Of a stretch of 56,096 bases of DNA, positions 6,430-15,840 are shown one piece after another; position 1 is the first letter of the stretch; each line of letters begins with the position of its first letter. Origin of the DNA: Candidatus Woesearchaeota archaeon. Its GTDB lineage: Archaea > Nanobdellota > Nanobdellia > SCGC-AAA011-G17 > DATDVL01. The position numbers were made by a program, and so were the translations under genes. Under the pieces are notes generated by a model. It worked only from the letters and a program-made list of their open reading frames with translations. It did no database searches and was not told where the DNA came from. The stretch lies in NCBI GenBank assembly GCA_964365915.1, contig CAYIRJ010000001.1:1-56096 (forward strand). Reading direction: 5' to 3'.

Positions 6430-8811
6430 TTAATGGGTAATCTTCAGTTCAGTTCCAAATGTAATGGTTGCGCAAGTCACCGCAGCAAGGTCGTATAAGA
6501 CTTCTGCAAGGCGCTCTTCCGTGTCTTTGGGCAAGATAAGCTGGACGGGTTTTTTCAGGTTGAGCTGGTGCTGTGCCTTGTACTTTCTTACCTCTTGCAA
6601 AACTGCAATGAACTCCTCGCCTATCTTTTCCTCAGGCTCATACGCAAAATGTTGAACAACAGGCCAGGAAGAGAGATGAATGGAGAGAGCTTCCTCATCT
6701 TTTTTGAAATGCGACTGGTAAATTTCTTCAGTAATGAAAGGCATGAGGGGGGCAAATAATTTCAACAAGGTCTTCAGGCAAAGATGCAGAGTATATTGCG
6801 CAGATCTTTTTGATTCTCCATTCCGCTCTGTATTGTACAGTCTATCTTTGGCAATTTCCAGATAGTGATCACAGAATGTTGTCCAAAAGAACTGCTCGGT
6901 TTCGAATTTTGCCTTTGCATACTCATAATCATCAAGATATTTCGTGCAGTGTGCTACAAGCCGGTCAAGTTTCTGGAGTAACCAGCGGTCGATCACTTCC
7001 ACATGGTCCGGCGCAATGCCTGAATATTCTTGCAAATTGCTCAAAACAAGATGCGCTGCATTCCAGAGTTTCGTAACCGTCTTCTGTCCAGTAATGAGGT
7101 CTTTTTCCTGGTAGCTGATGTCTTCTCCCAGTTTGCTGCCTGCTGCCCAGAAGCGCAGAGCATCCGCCCCGAATTTTTTCATTACCTCAATAGGGTCAAG
7201 GACATTGCCTTTGCTCTTGCTCATTTTTTCCCCTTGAGGGTCAACTACATAGCCAGAAATAGTGATATGCTTCCAGGGAATAGAATTGTGCAAGTATAAA
7301 CTCTTGACGATGGTATAGAATGCCCATGTAGAAATGATGTCTTGCGCCTGCGGGCGCAAGTCCATGGGAATTTTTTCCTGAATACCATAAGTGGAAAATG
7401 CAATCTGCGGCGACACAGAGGAAGTTGCCCAGGTATCCATCACATCCTTTTCAGGAACAAATGCAGAAGATCCGCAATGGCATTTCTTTTTCGGTGGCTT
7501 GTCTTTCAGAGGATCCACAGGCAAGTCTTTTACATCTGCAAGAATAATTTCATCGCACTGCTTGCAGTACCATACAGGAAAGGGAATGCCAAAGAATCGC
7601 TGTCTGCTAATACACCAATCCCATTGTAAATTTTCCACCCAGTGTTCATAGCGTTTTTTCATAAACTCGGGGTACCAGATGATAGTATTGCCTGCTGTAA
7701 TCCAGTCTTCCTTTTTGTCAAGCACGCGCGTGAACCATTGCTTTGTTTTCAAAAACTCAATCGGTGTGTTACAGCGTTCATGAACATTAGTAGTATGGTG
7801 AATATTTTTTTGGTTTTTTAATAAGCCGGAAGTTTTCAGGTCTTCAAGAATTGCTTTTCTAGCATGGTGGATAGGAAGTTTGGCATATTTCCCTGCAAGT
7901 TCATTCAGTGTTCCGTCTTTGTTGAAGATTGCGCGCAAGGGTAATTTATACTGGTGCCATAATTCAATATCTGATTTGTCACCAAAGGTACACACCATCA
8001 TTAAACCCGTACCTTTTTCCCGATCAACCTTTGCATCTGCTAAGATAGGAATTTCATAAGGGAATAAAGGAACAGTTGCATGCTTGCCAATGTATTTTTT
8101 GTAACGCTTGTCTTCAGGATGCGCAAATAAAGCAACACACGCAGGAAGCAATTCAGGACGCGTTGTAGCAATGATGACTGAATCTTTTCCAACAGTGAAC
8201 TGAATATCATTGAATAAACTATCTTTCTCCAAATCTTTTAATTCTGCTTGGGCAATCGCAGTCTGGCATTCTACACACCACATCGTCGGAGATTCCTGCC
8301 GATACACTGCTCCTTGATGATAGAGTTCAATGAATGCTTGCTGGCTAATCTTTTGTGAAGTCTCATCAATAGTTGAGTAGCTCTTGCTAAAATCACAACT
8401 CATGCCCAGGTTTTTCCACGGCTGCACAAAATCCTTTTTGATTTCTTTAATGGTGGTAAAGCAGAGTTTGACAAATTCCGGACGGGACATACTCACGCCT
8501 TTGACATTTTTCATCTTTTCTACTAAGCGTTCAGTTGGCAATCCATTATCATCGGTGCCAAACGGACAAAACACATTGAATCCTTGCATTCTTTTATAGC
8601 GTGCAATAAAATCTTGCTGCGCATACGAGAAGGCATGGCCGATATGCATTTTGCCAGAAACAGTGGGGGGAGGAGTATCAATAGTAAATGATTTCTTTTT
8701 TGCTTTCGTAGCAAAAGAATAAATCTTGTGCTTCTCCCAGTAGGCTAACCACTTCTGTTCTGTTGCTTGAGGGGTAAAGGTAGGCATATGGTTGGTCTTC
8801 CAACAACCCAT
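6430..8811 (-). CDS. valS: Valyl-tRNA synthetase (archaeal type)
   Basis: TPPPTVSGKMHIGH (HIGH motif) and KMSKSKGN (KMSKS motif), with a class Ia editing-domain architecture. The true start may be the internal Met at 8787. Confidence 0.93.
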   Translation of the reverse strand: MGCWKTNHMPTFTPQATEQKWLAYWEKHKIYSFATKAKKKSFTIDTPPPTVSGKMHIGHAFSYAQQDFIARYKRMQGFNVFCPFGTDDNGLPTERLVEKMKNVKGVSMSRPEFVKLCFTTIKEIKKDFVQPWKNLGMSCDFSKSYSTIDETSQKISQQAFIELYHQGAVYRQESPTMWCVECQTAIAQAELKDLEKDSLFNDIQFTVGKDSVIIATTRPELLPACVALFAHPEDKRYKKYIGKHATVPLFPYEIPILADAKVDREKGTGLMMVCTFGDKSDIELWHQYKLPLRAIFNKDGTLNELAGKYAKLPIHHARKAILEDLKTSGLLKNQKNIHHTTNVHERCNTPIEFLKTKQWFTRVLDKKEDWITAGNTIIWYPEFMKKRYEHWVENLQWDWCISRQRFFGIPFPVWYCKQCDEIILADVKDLPVDPLKDKPPKKKCHCGSSAFVPEKDVMDTWATSSVSPQIAFSTYGIQEKIPMDLRPQAQDIISTWAFYTIVKSLYLHNSIPWKHITISGYVVDPQGEKMSKSKGNVLDPIEVMKKFGADALRFWAAGSKLGEDISYQEKDLITGQKTVTKLWNAAHLVLSNLQEYSGIAPDHVEVIDRWLLQKLDRLVAHCTKYLDDYEYAKAKFETEQFFWTTFCDHYLEIAKDRLYNTERNGESKRSAQYTLHLCLKTLLKLFAPLMPFITEEIYQSHFKKDEEALSIHLSSWPVVQHFAYEPEEKIGEEFIAVLQEVRKYKAQHQLNLKKPVQLILPKDTEERLAEVLYDLAAVTCATITFGTELKITH

Positions 8812-8922
8812 GACGAATCAAGGGAAGAGAGGAAGAACTAAGGAAAGCTATTGGACGACAACAGCGAAATTTTGCATGAAATCATTTATAGAAAAGAATA
8901 TTTAAGCCTTGTGGCAGAAATG

Positions 8923-8930
8923 TTTAAATA
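8923..8930 (+). promoter_or_regulatory. Archaeal TATA box for tRNA-Phe
   Basis: tttaaata is centred about 30 nt upstream of the tRNA 5' end at 8956. Confidence 0.5.
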
Positions 8931-8955
8931 GGGTTTTACCGGCTTTCAACTTGAT

Positions 8956-9098
8956 GTGGCTGTAGCTCAGCTCGGGAGAGTACATATTTAATATAGCTCA
9001 ATCCGCTGAAGCCGGAGATACCTTGCTGGGAATTTAGCAGGTACTGGATTTGTCGCTGGACTGTCTAAAAAGGGCGAATTCAAATCCAGCCAGCCACA
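8956..9098 (+). tRNA. tRNA-Phe: tRNA-Phe(GAA) with three putative non-canonical introns
   Basis: Proposed exons are 8956-8983, 9002-9017, 9050-9059 and 9079-9098. They give a 74-nt cloverleaf. Acceptor stem GTGGCTG/CAGCCAC, D-arm GCTC-AGCTCGGGA-GAGT. Anticodon arm CTCCG-CTGAAGC-CGGAG, variable loop TTGTC, T-arm GCTGG-TTCAAAT-CCAGC, discriminator A. U8, A14, G18G19, U33, G53, T54, T55, C56, A58 and C61 are all in place. CCA is not encoded. Confidence 0.65.
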
Positions 9099-9104
9099 TT
9101 TTTT
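9099..9104 (+). terminator. Oligo-T archaeal terminator after the tRNA
   Basis: A run of six T directly follows the discriminator base. Confidence 0.4.
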
Positions 9105-9211
9105 CATTTTTCCGGATTTTTCTTCATTTTCAATAAATTTTCTGGAGAAATTCGTAAAATTTCCGTACATTTTAGCACAACCTTCTTTTAACTTGTATTC
9201 CTCTCAAAAGA

Positions 9212-9517
9212 ATGTATCGCGTTTTCATGACAGAAACCTGTGAAAAGACATATATGCAATGCGATCATCGGGAGCAGATATGGATAGATAAGGTGAAGGA
9301 AAAGTTAAAACAAAATATTTCAGGAAAAATATTACAAGTCCCTTGGCTATATGAAAAGAAATTCGAAAGTAAAAGATTATATTTTATTGTAGACTTATTT
9401 TCACAAAGGATATTATTAGTAGACTTTAGCCATAAGAAGCATCAACAAATTATTATCGATGAAATAATAAACCAAAAGCATTTAGAATATCTAAGAACTA
9501 AAGCTAAACTTCTTTGA
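9212..9517 (+). CDS. RelE/ParE-like toxin candidate
   Basis: The C-terminal pattern KRLYFIVDLFSQRILLVDFSHKKHQQ resembles the RelE-family core (RiiY...v.il.i.hRk). No upstream antitoxin ORF is seen. Confidence 0.4.
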   Translation: MYRVFMTETCEKTYMQCDHREQIWIDKVKEKLKQNISGKILQVPWLYEKKFESKRLYFIVDLFSQRILLVDFSHKKHQQIIIDEIINQKHLEYLRTKAKLL

Positions 9518-9768
9518 TACGTCCATGTTTAAGATCGTCAAGACTTTTACGTATACGCTCACGTATCGTCTTTTCATCAACAGGTGCAATCGGTTTTTTC
9601 ATTTCTTTTCTAGAAACCGTTATTGTTTCAGATCCCATAAACTATTGAAATTAATACCCTTAATATATCTTTCGCTGAAAATTCCGAAAATCTTCCGATG
9701 TATTCTTCAGCAGTGAATCCTTCTAATCCATAATGTTTATAAAAGCAATTTCTTCTCCTCAAAGAATT

Positions 9769-10485
9769 ATGAATGTTGCAGTGATGTTTTCAGGCGGTAA
9801 AGACTCGGTCTTTGCAGTGGACCAGTGCTTGAGCAAAGGATATAATATCCAATACTTGCTTTCAGTCAAACCTTCCCGCAGAGATTGTTATTTGTTCCAT
9901 TATGCTACAGTGGAGCATACACCGTTACTTGCAGATTCTCTTGGCTATCCGCACATCTTAGTAGGCTGTGATGTTGCAGATCCTGTCCAAGAGGCGCAGA
10001 TAGTCCGTCAAGTGGTGGAGAAGAATCCTGTGGATGCTGTAGTCTTGGGAGGAGTTGGCTTGCAGGAAACGCAAATCAAGTCCATCCGCGATGCATTGTT
10101 CGATCTTGGCGTTGAAGTCTTCGCTGCACATAAAGACCAAGATGAGGAACAACTCATGCGTACCATGATTGCAGACGGTTATGAAATCATCATCACAGAA
10201 ATCGCTTCTGATGGATTGACTGAAGAATGGCTCGGCAGAACATTAACAGTAGAAAATTTTGAAAAACTCAGGATGCTGGCAAAGAGATATGGTTTCGATT
10301 TGCTCGGCGAGGGCGGCTATTACAATTCTCTGGTCATTGACGGTCCTATTTTCACCAAACAGATCAAGATTGTAGAGTCTGAAAAAGTGATGGAAACTGC
10401 AAATTCTGGCTATCTGAAAGTCTTGAAGACAATTGTGATGCCAAAGATGGAATCTATTTATAATCAAGGCCTGCAAACTTCTTAA
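9769..10485 (+). CDS. dph6: Diphthine-ammonia ligase (Dph6-like, PP-loop ATP pyrophosphatase)
   Basis: MNVAVMFSGGKDS carries the SGGKDS PP-loop. A TATA-like tttataaaa at 9738-9746 lies inside the longer ORF (9733), which favours the 9769 start. Confidence 0.8.
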   Translation: MNVAVMFSGGKDSVFAVDQCLSKGYNIQYLLSVKPSRRDCYLFHYATVEHTPLLADSLGYPHILVGCDVADPVQEAQIVRQVVEKNPVDAVVLGGVGLQETQIKSIRDALFDLGVEVFAAHKDQDEEQLMRTMIADGYEIIITEIASDGLTEEWLGRTLTVENFEKLRMLAKRYGFDLLGEGGYYNSLVIDGPIFTKQIKIVESEKVMETANSGYLKVLKTIVMPKMESIYNQGLQTS

Positions 10486-10528
10486 TTTTTATCCCAATAT
10501 AAGGGGTATAGCTTAAGGAATAAAGTCT

Positions 10529-10957
10529 TCATTCCACCGTGAAATAGTCTTGCACATAGTTGCCAGAACTGTAGTCAAATACATGCGCAACATACAATCC
10601 TTCTTCCCACGATGTAGGGATCTCGTAAATGATCGATGCGCGCCCATAGCAGCGCTGTTCCTTGCAGAATGCTGGGGTCTCTCCCACTTTTATCCCACGT
10701 GTGAAAAACTCCACCTTATTCATGGTGCCTGCTTCTCCTGGATGAATGGTAATGCGCAAATCCTCTCCGTGGCTGAGCACGACAGGCTGCACATCAAGGC
10801 GAGAAGAAGTATCTTTCACTGCGCTGCCAGTAAAGCCAGTCATATTGAAGGCCACCGCACCCGTAAGCACAATAAAAATGGTAAGCAATGCAACTTGCCG
10901 ATTAGTAAGATCCATAGGTTTTTCAGGGATGAAGAAGTTTAAAAGGCTTTTTATCAA
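10529..10957 (-). CDS. Hypothetical membrane-anchored or secreted protein
   Basis: One N-terminal TM helix (ALLTIFIVLTGAVAF) followed by a beta-rich domain. The antisense ORF is Cys/His/Trp-rich and looks spurious. Confidence 0.55.
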   Translation of the reverse strand: MIKSLLNFFIPEKPMDLTNRQVALLTIFIVLTGAVAFNMTGFTGSAVKDTSSRLDVQPVVLSHGEDLRITIHPGEAGTMNKVEFFTRGIKVGETPAFCKEQRCYGRASIIYEIPTSWEEGLYVAHVFDYSSGNYVQDYFTVE

Positions 10958-10977
10958 AAGAAGAAAAAAAGAGGAAA

Positions 10978-11304
10978 TTATTTTCCTCGTGAAATTTCAA
11001 ACAACGCTTTGATAGCAACCACAGCTGCTCCCGGTCCAACAAACGTCACGATGTTCTGCAGCATATTCCTGACCGCGTCCAAAGGCAACACAAGAGCAAG
11101 GCTAGATGCGCTGACTAAGAATGCAATCGAGGCAAGTAAAAACATTCTGCTTTCCTGTCCAGTCACATTCAACAGTCCCACAATCAGACCTAAAAATGCC
11201 AAGATCCAGATGGTACCAGCTCCTGCAGGTCCCATCATTCCAATCACAATGGCGATAACAAGGCTGATAACAAACGACCAACTACCCAATAAATTCGTAG
11301 CCAT
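10978..11304 (-). CDS. Small integral membrane protein
   Basis: Three to four hydrophobic helices. No domain recognised. Confidence 0.55.
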   Translation of the reverse strand: MATNLLGSWSFVISLVIAIVIGMMGPAGAGTIWILAFLGLIVGLLNVTGQESRMFLLASIAFLVSASSLALVLPLDAVRNMLQNIVTFVGPGAAVVAIKALFEISRGK

Positions 11305-11420
11305 AAATCCACCCCCTTCATAGGATAAATAGCATATAAGAACGTTCTGTTATAAAAACCTTTCTTTGATGCTTTTTAAATGTGCATAATCTTTATAAGA
11401 AGTTTCATTAGAAAAAGGGC

Positions 11421-12815
11421 ATGAAGAAGCAAATCGTTCTCTATGCTCTTGCGTTTTTAGTAGCGCTCTCGATATTTTCTGCATTATCCACAAAAGTATT
11501 ATTTACCGACGCTCCCCAGTACATCAACACTGCAAAAGAGTTTGCAGGCCTGGCTATTTCCAAAGTCAGGAATTTTTCTGCATGGCTCTATCCGTTATTC
11601 CTAGGGCAGTTCCTCAAGGTCTTTCCCAGTTTGTTCACCTTGCAATTTCTGAATGTTCTTTGGCTGGTGTTGGATGCTATATTGTTATACCATATGACAA
11701 AGAAGAAAGAAGTGTTTCTCCTGTTTGCATTCTCTCCTTTAACGTGGATCATGGCTCCCTGGATCAATCCTGTTGTTCCTGCTTCGTTTTTCCTGCTGTT
11801 GGCGTATCATTTGCTGAAGCAGTATGAAGCAAAGAGAAAGCTCATGTATTTCATCAGTTCAGGCCTGTCGTTAGGTCTTGTGTCTGCGCTGTGGTGGCCG
11901 GGAACGTATCTTTGTATGTTATTTATGCTTGCCTTTTTTTACCGAGAGAAAGTGCTTATGGCTTTAGGATATCTTATTCCTGTGATAGCAACAGCAAGTA
12001 TACGTTTCTTTATTGATGCATACTATTTCGGATTTCCCTTTTTTTCCACAATTCGCGGTTTAGGAAGCAATGCGCTGTATTTTTTGGACAAGGCAGAAGT
12101 CATTCCTGGAAACCCGCCTTCGTTCTTGCTTTTTCTGGTAATGTTGGCCTTGGTCATTTCACCATTCCTGTTCAAATGGTATCAAGTAGACAAGAAAAAG
12201 CACCGTCACGAGCTTCTGTTTTTGCTGCTGGCAACGCTGTTATTTTTCTTGAATTATGAAATCCGTTATTTCATTACCATCGCGCCGCTGGTAATATTGT
12301 TATTAAGTACAGTATTGAAGAAAAATGAGTATGTAATCCATGGAGCGTTGTCCATGATGCTGATTGTGGTGTTTACTGCTTCTTATTTCGGCGTGACCGA
12401 GGAATATCTCATCAAACAAGACATCAGTGAAATCGCGCGCAAGTACCAGGGGACTACGTTCATTGTCGGCACTGAAGGCGTGTCTGAAGAGCAGGCCATG
12501 GATATTTCCACATTATATTGGGGAAGAGAAATTCCGCGCTTGATAACATATCGCGATTGGAAGATGGATGTGCAGAAAGAAAAAGTGTACAAGGAATACA
12601 GCATAGAGTCTCATGCGCGCATCAACGAAGTAAGGAAAATGAAACTTTCCATTACCTATCTGCAGTCTGACAACGTTGATGATGCGAGTTTGAAGGACTT
12701 GTTGATCCTGGGAGATGTTCCTCCCCCAGAGGGATTTGAATTAGTAAAGAAATATGCCATAATAATGCAATATCGAAAGATAAGTGAGATTTATTTAAAT
12801 AATCAAAATCTTTAA
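11421..12815 (+). CDS. Polytopic membrane protein, GT-C-like glycosyltransferase candidate
   Basis: About 10 TM segments followed by a soluble C-terminal domain. The architecture resembles ArnT/PMT-family enzymes. No diagnostic motif was verified. Confidence 0.55.
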   Translation: MKKQIVLYALAFLVALSIFSALSTKVLFTDAPQYINTAKEFAGLAISKVRNFSAWLYPLFLGQFLKVFPSLFTLQFLNVLWLVLDAILLYHMTKKKEVFLLFAFSPLTWIMAPWINPVVPASFFLLLAYHLLKQYEAKRKLMYFISSGLSLGLVSALWWPGTYLCMLFMLAFFYREKVLMALGYLIPVIATASIRFFIDAYYFGFPFFSTIRGLGSNALYFLDKAEVIPGNPPSFLLFLVMLALVISPFLFKWYQVDKKKHRHELLFLLLATLLFFLNYEIRYFITIAPLVILLLSTVLKKNEYVIHGALSMMLIVVFTASYFGVTEEYLIKQDISEIARKYQGTTFIVGTEGVSEEQAMDISTLYWGREIPRLITYRDWKMDVQKEKVYKEYSIESHARINEVRKMKLSITYLQSDNVDDASLKDLLILGDVPPPEGFELVKKYAIIMQYRKISEIYLNNQNL

Positions 12816-12840
12816 ATATATGTACATACTATGAGTACAT

Positions 12841-13083
12841 ATGGGAAGCATCAACATATCACTCAAGGAAGAAGCCTACGAATTTCTCAAGGCATTAAAA
12901 TCTAAGGAAAAGAGTTTTTCAGATATTATATTAGAATTCAAGGAAGAGAAAATGAGAAGAAAGGGAAGTAAAGACAGCATCTTGCAATTTTGGGGTGTAA
13001 TGAGGGCAACAAATGACGAATGGTTGCAAAAAGAAAGAAGAATGAAGAAGTTTAGGGAAGAAATTGAGCGTCGATTCAAATGA
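12841..13083 (+). CDS. vapB: VapB-like antitoxin (archaeal putative-antitoxin family)
   Basis: INISLKEEAYEFLKALKSKEKSFSDIILEF matches the archaeal PIN-associated antitoxin pattern. The stop overlaps the PIN gene start (ATGA). Confidence 0.7.
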   Translation: MGSINISLKEEAYEFLKALKSKEKSFSDIILEFKEEKMRRKGSKDSILQFWGVMRATNDEWLQKERRMKKFREEIERRFK

Positions 13084-13472
13084 TTGGATTAGATACAACC
13101 GCAATAATCGATCTGCTGCGAAAAGATACGAAAGTAAAAAGAAAATTAGAAGAACTACAAGGCCCGTTTGGAACAACAATTATGAACTATCAAGAGATAA
13201 TGTTTGGGCTGGATTTCAAAAACCCAAAACATAAACAAGAAGAAATGATCTATGATCAACTATTTGATGAGCTTTTTGTCTTTCCGTTGGACAAGGCATC
13301 TGCAAAATGTGCAACAGATATCGGTTGGGAATTGAAAGAGAAAGGTGAAGAAATAGGGAAATTTGACATTATCATCGCTTCTATATTGTTGACACAAGGA
13401 ATAAAAAAAATTATGACAAGGAATGTAGCACACCTAAAAAGAATTCCTGGAATTGAAGTAGTTTCTTATTAA
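13080..13472 (+). CDS. vapC: PIN-domain ribonuclease toxin VapC
   Basis: N-terminal MIGLDTTAIID carries the first PIN acidic residue. The size is about 130 aa and the gene is paired with an antitoxin. Confidence 0.8.
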   Translation: MIGLDTTAIIDLLRKDTKVKRKLEELQGPFGTTIMNYQEIMFGLDFKNPKHKQEEMIYDQLFDELFVFPLDKASAKCATDIGWELKEKGEEIGKFDIIIASILLTQGIKKIMTRNVAHLKRIPGIEVVSY

Positions 13473-13530
13473 GGGTTCCACAGCCTTGAGAATCATAAGC
13501 TATTTAAGCGATTTTTCAAAATTTGTCGAC

Positions 13531-14460
13531 ATGGATTTCAGCATTGTTATCCCGGCATTCAATGAGGAAGGCAACATCCAGCCCTTGTATCAGAAGATAA
13601 AGGAAACTTTACAATCAATGCAATCTTCCTTTGAAGTCATCTTTGTCGATGATGGTTCCTCAGACAACACTGCTGCCCGTGTAGCAATGCTCAGAAAAAA
13701 AGACAAGCGCGTCCGTCTCGTCCAATTCGCCAGAAATTTCGGCAAAGCTTCTGCCTTGTCAGCAGGCATGCGGGAAGCAAAAGGGAATATTGTTGTTACT
13801 ATGGATGCGGATTTGCAAGATGATCCTGAAGAGATTCCAAGAATGCATGAAAAATTGCAGCAAGGCTTCGATTTAGTAGTGGGCTGGAAGTACAAGCGTA
13901 AGGATGCTTTCTTTGCTAAAAAATTGCCTTCAAAAATTTTTAATGGCTTGATCCGCTGGTTGCACAAAATTAAAATCCATGATTCTGACTGCAATTTCAG
14001 GATGATGCGCAAGGAAGTGGCAAAGGAAATACTGTTCTATGGGGGCTTGTTCAGGTACATTCCTAGCTTGGCGCACTGGCGCGGATATAGAGTAACCGAG
14101 ATTCCTGTAGTGCACCATAAAAGATTCTCAGGAAAGTCAAAATGGGGAGTTTCACGCTTATTCAAGGGATCATTGGACCTCATCACTGTTACATTCTTGT
14201 TGCGGTACAAAAATTCTCCCCTGTATTTTTTTGGCACTTCCGGCGGAATATTATTGCTTGCAGGGATTATCGCAGGAATACGATTATTGTATGAAAAGTA
14301 TGCGCTCGGAAAATTGATCGGCGGAAGACCGTTACTTTTATTAGCAATCCTGTTAACGGTGTTGGGAGCGCAGTTCATCTTTTTCGGTTTGCTCGGAGAA
14401 ATGATAGCGCGCACTTCCCAGAAAGAGGAAGTGAATTATCGTATCAAAAAGAGGTTGTAA
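13531..14460 (+). CDS. GT2 polyprenyl/dolichyl-phosphate glycosyltransferase (DPM/GtrB/ArnC-like)
   Basis: FSIVIPAFNEE, FVDDGSSDNT and DADLQDDP motifs, plus two C-terminal TM helices. The longer ORF starts at a TTG (13486). Confidence 0.85.
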   Translation: MDFSIVIPAFNEEGNIQPLYQKIKETLQSMQSSFEVIFVDDGSSDNTAARVAMLRKKDKRVRLVQFARNFGKASALSAGMREAKGNIVVTMDADLQDDPEEIPRMHEKLQQGFDLVVGWKYKRKDAFFAKKLPSKIFNGLIRWLHKIKIHDSDCNFRMMRKEVAKEILFYGGLFRYIPSLAHWRGYRVTEIPVVHHKRFSGKSKWGVSRLFKGSLDLITVTFLLRYKNSPLYFFGTSGGILLLAGIIAGIRLLYEKYALGKLIGGRPLLLLAILLTVLGAQFIFFGLLGEMIARTSQKEEVNYRIKKRL

Positions 14461-14465
14461 AAGCA

Positions 14466-15221
14466 ATGGTTGATGTAAAAATCAAAAGAATTAAAGTTCC
14501 AGATCCTGATGAATTTGAAAAGAAATATCCTATGGGTGTCTTTGAAGCAATTCGCACCCGCCGTTCTATCAGAAGATTCATTGAAGATAAGCCTGTTCCT
14601 GAAGAAATGTGGAGAAAGTTACTTGATGTTTGTCGCTGGGCACCCTCTGCCTGCAACCGTCAGGGCTGGAGGCTCATCGTAATTAAGGACAAAGAACAAA
14701 TCAATAAGCTTGCAGAAGCAGGCTCAGTCTATTATTTGAAACGCTTGCCCTTGGCTATGCTCATGTTGTATGATAAGCGAACCGATAATGTTACGTATCG
14801 TGATCATTTACAATCTGCCTGTTCTGGCATCATGAACATGTTCCTGGCTTCGCATGCCATGGGCTTAGGCATGGTCTGGTGTGATAACCTTCCTGCAAAG
14901 TCTGATGTAAAAAAAATCTTCAAAATTCCGTGGAATTATGATGTGATTGCATTATTGGGTTTTGGTTTTTACGATCAGAATATCACTCCTCCCCCCTTGC
15001 CGAGGAAAAAGCAGATAGAAGAAATGTTCTCCTATGATTACTGGCAATTGCAAGAGCCAATTCCGAATCCAATTGACTTCAAACTGCGTGTCAAAACGGT
15101 ATTGCGTTGGTGCTATCATGCCATGCCTATCTGGTTGAAGAAATATCTCCACCCCATAGCAAAGAAGTTTGAGAAAGTCTTCGAGCCCAAGGATATGAAG
15201 TCTGACGTAAAGGAAATTTAG
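14466..15221 (+). CDS. Nitroreductase family protein
   Basis: RRSIRRF and APSACNRQGWR motifs. Confidence 0.8.
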   Translation: MVDVKIKRIKVPDPDEFEKKYPMGVFEAIRTRRSIRRFIEDKPVPEEMWRKLLDVCRWAPSACNRQGWRLIVIKDKEQINKLAEAGSVYYLKRLPLAMLMLYDKRTDNVTYRDHLQSACSGIMNMFLASHAMGLGMVWCDNLPAKSDVKKIFKIPWNYDVIALLGFGFYDQNITPPPLPRKKQIEEMFSYDYWQLQEPIPNPIDFKLRVKTVLRWCYHAMPIWLKKYLHPIAKKFEKVFEPKDMKSDVKEI

Positions 15222-15306
15222 CTACTATTATTATGACGTGGTGTTCAGCATTCTTAAAAAGAGAATATTATTTACGTAGACAAGCTGAAAATCTTTTAAG
15301 GTATGA

Positions 15307-15840
15307 ATGATGTCGCAAATTGTCGCATTACCAAAAACACTAGAAAATACGCTTGATGCATTAATTGCCGTGAATCAAGAATCAAACGGGGTTATTTGGA
15401 CGAAGCGTAAAGGGAGAATTAATGTCTGCACCTCTATCTTTATGACAGGAATAGGGGATGACTCACACGTTGAAGCGAATGAAGAAAGAATAAGATTGGT
15501 CAATGTATTCTTAGAAAAAAATCCACAATATTGTTTTGTTAAGTTTCATACCCATACATATGCAACCATCCAAAAACATGGAGAGTATTATGCAGAACAT
15601 TTTTCTACTGGGGATATTCAAGGATATCAAGAACAATTACAGCATAATCCTGATTTTCTAGCAATGGTAGTAACCCCTGTGAAAAAATTATTGTATGGAA
15701 GGGATAATCCTGAGCTTGTAGTTATTGCTGATCCGAAAAATTTCCTTCAAGAAAGTGCAATTATTGATCTAAGTGTAAGGATTATGGCAAGATTCCTGAA
15801 TATAAATTTAGATAATTTTTCAGCAAAAAAGAAAAAATGA
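15307..15840 (+). CDS. JAB/MPN-like metalloprotease-fold protein (candidate)
   Basis: QESNGVIW (candidate Glu) and FHTHTYATIQKHGEYYAEHFSTGD (HxH...SxxD with a longer than usual spacer). Confidence 0.45.
   Translation: MMSQIVALPKTLENTLDALIAVNQESNGVIWTKRKGRINVCTSIFMTGIGDDSHVEANEERIRLVNVFLEKNPQYCFVKFHTHTYATIQKHGEYYAEHFSTGDIQGYQEQLQHNPDFLAMVVTPVKKLLYGRDNPELVVIADPKNFLQESAIIDLSVRIMARFLNINLDNFSAKKKK

Noticed and set aside
8988-9170. A 60-aa minus-strand ORF
   Set aside because: It overlaps the tRNA-Phe gene and its terminator. It is not coding.
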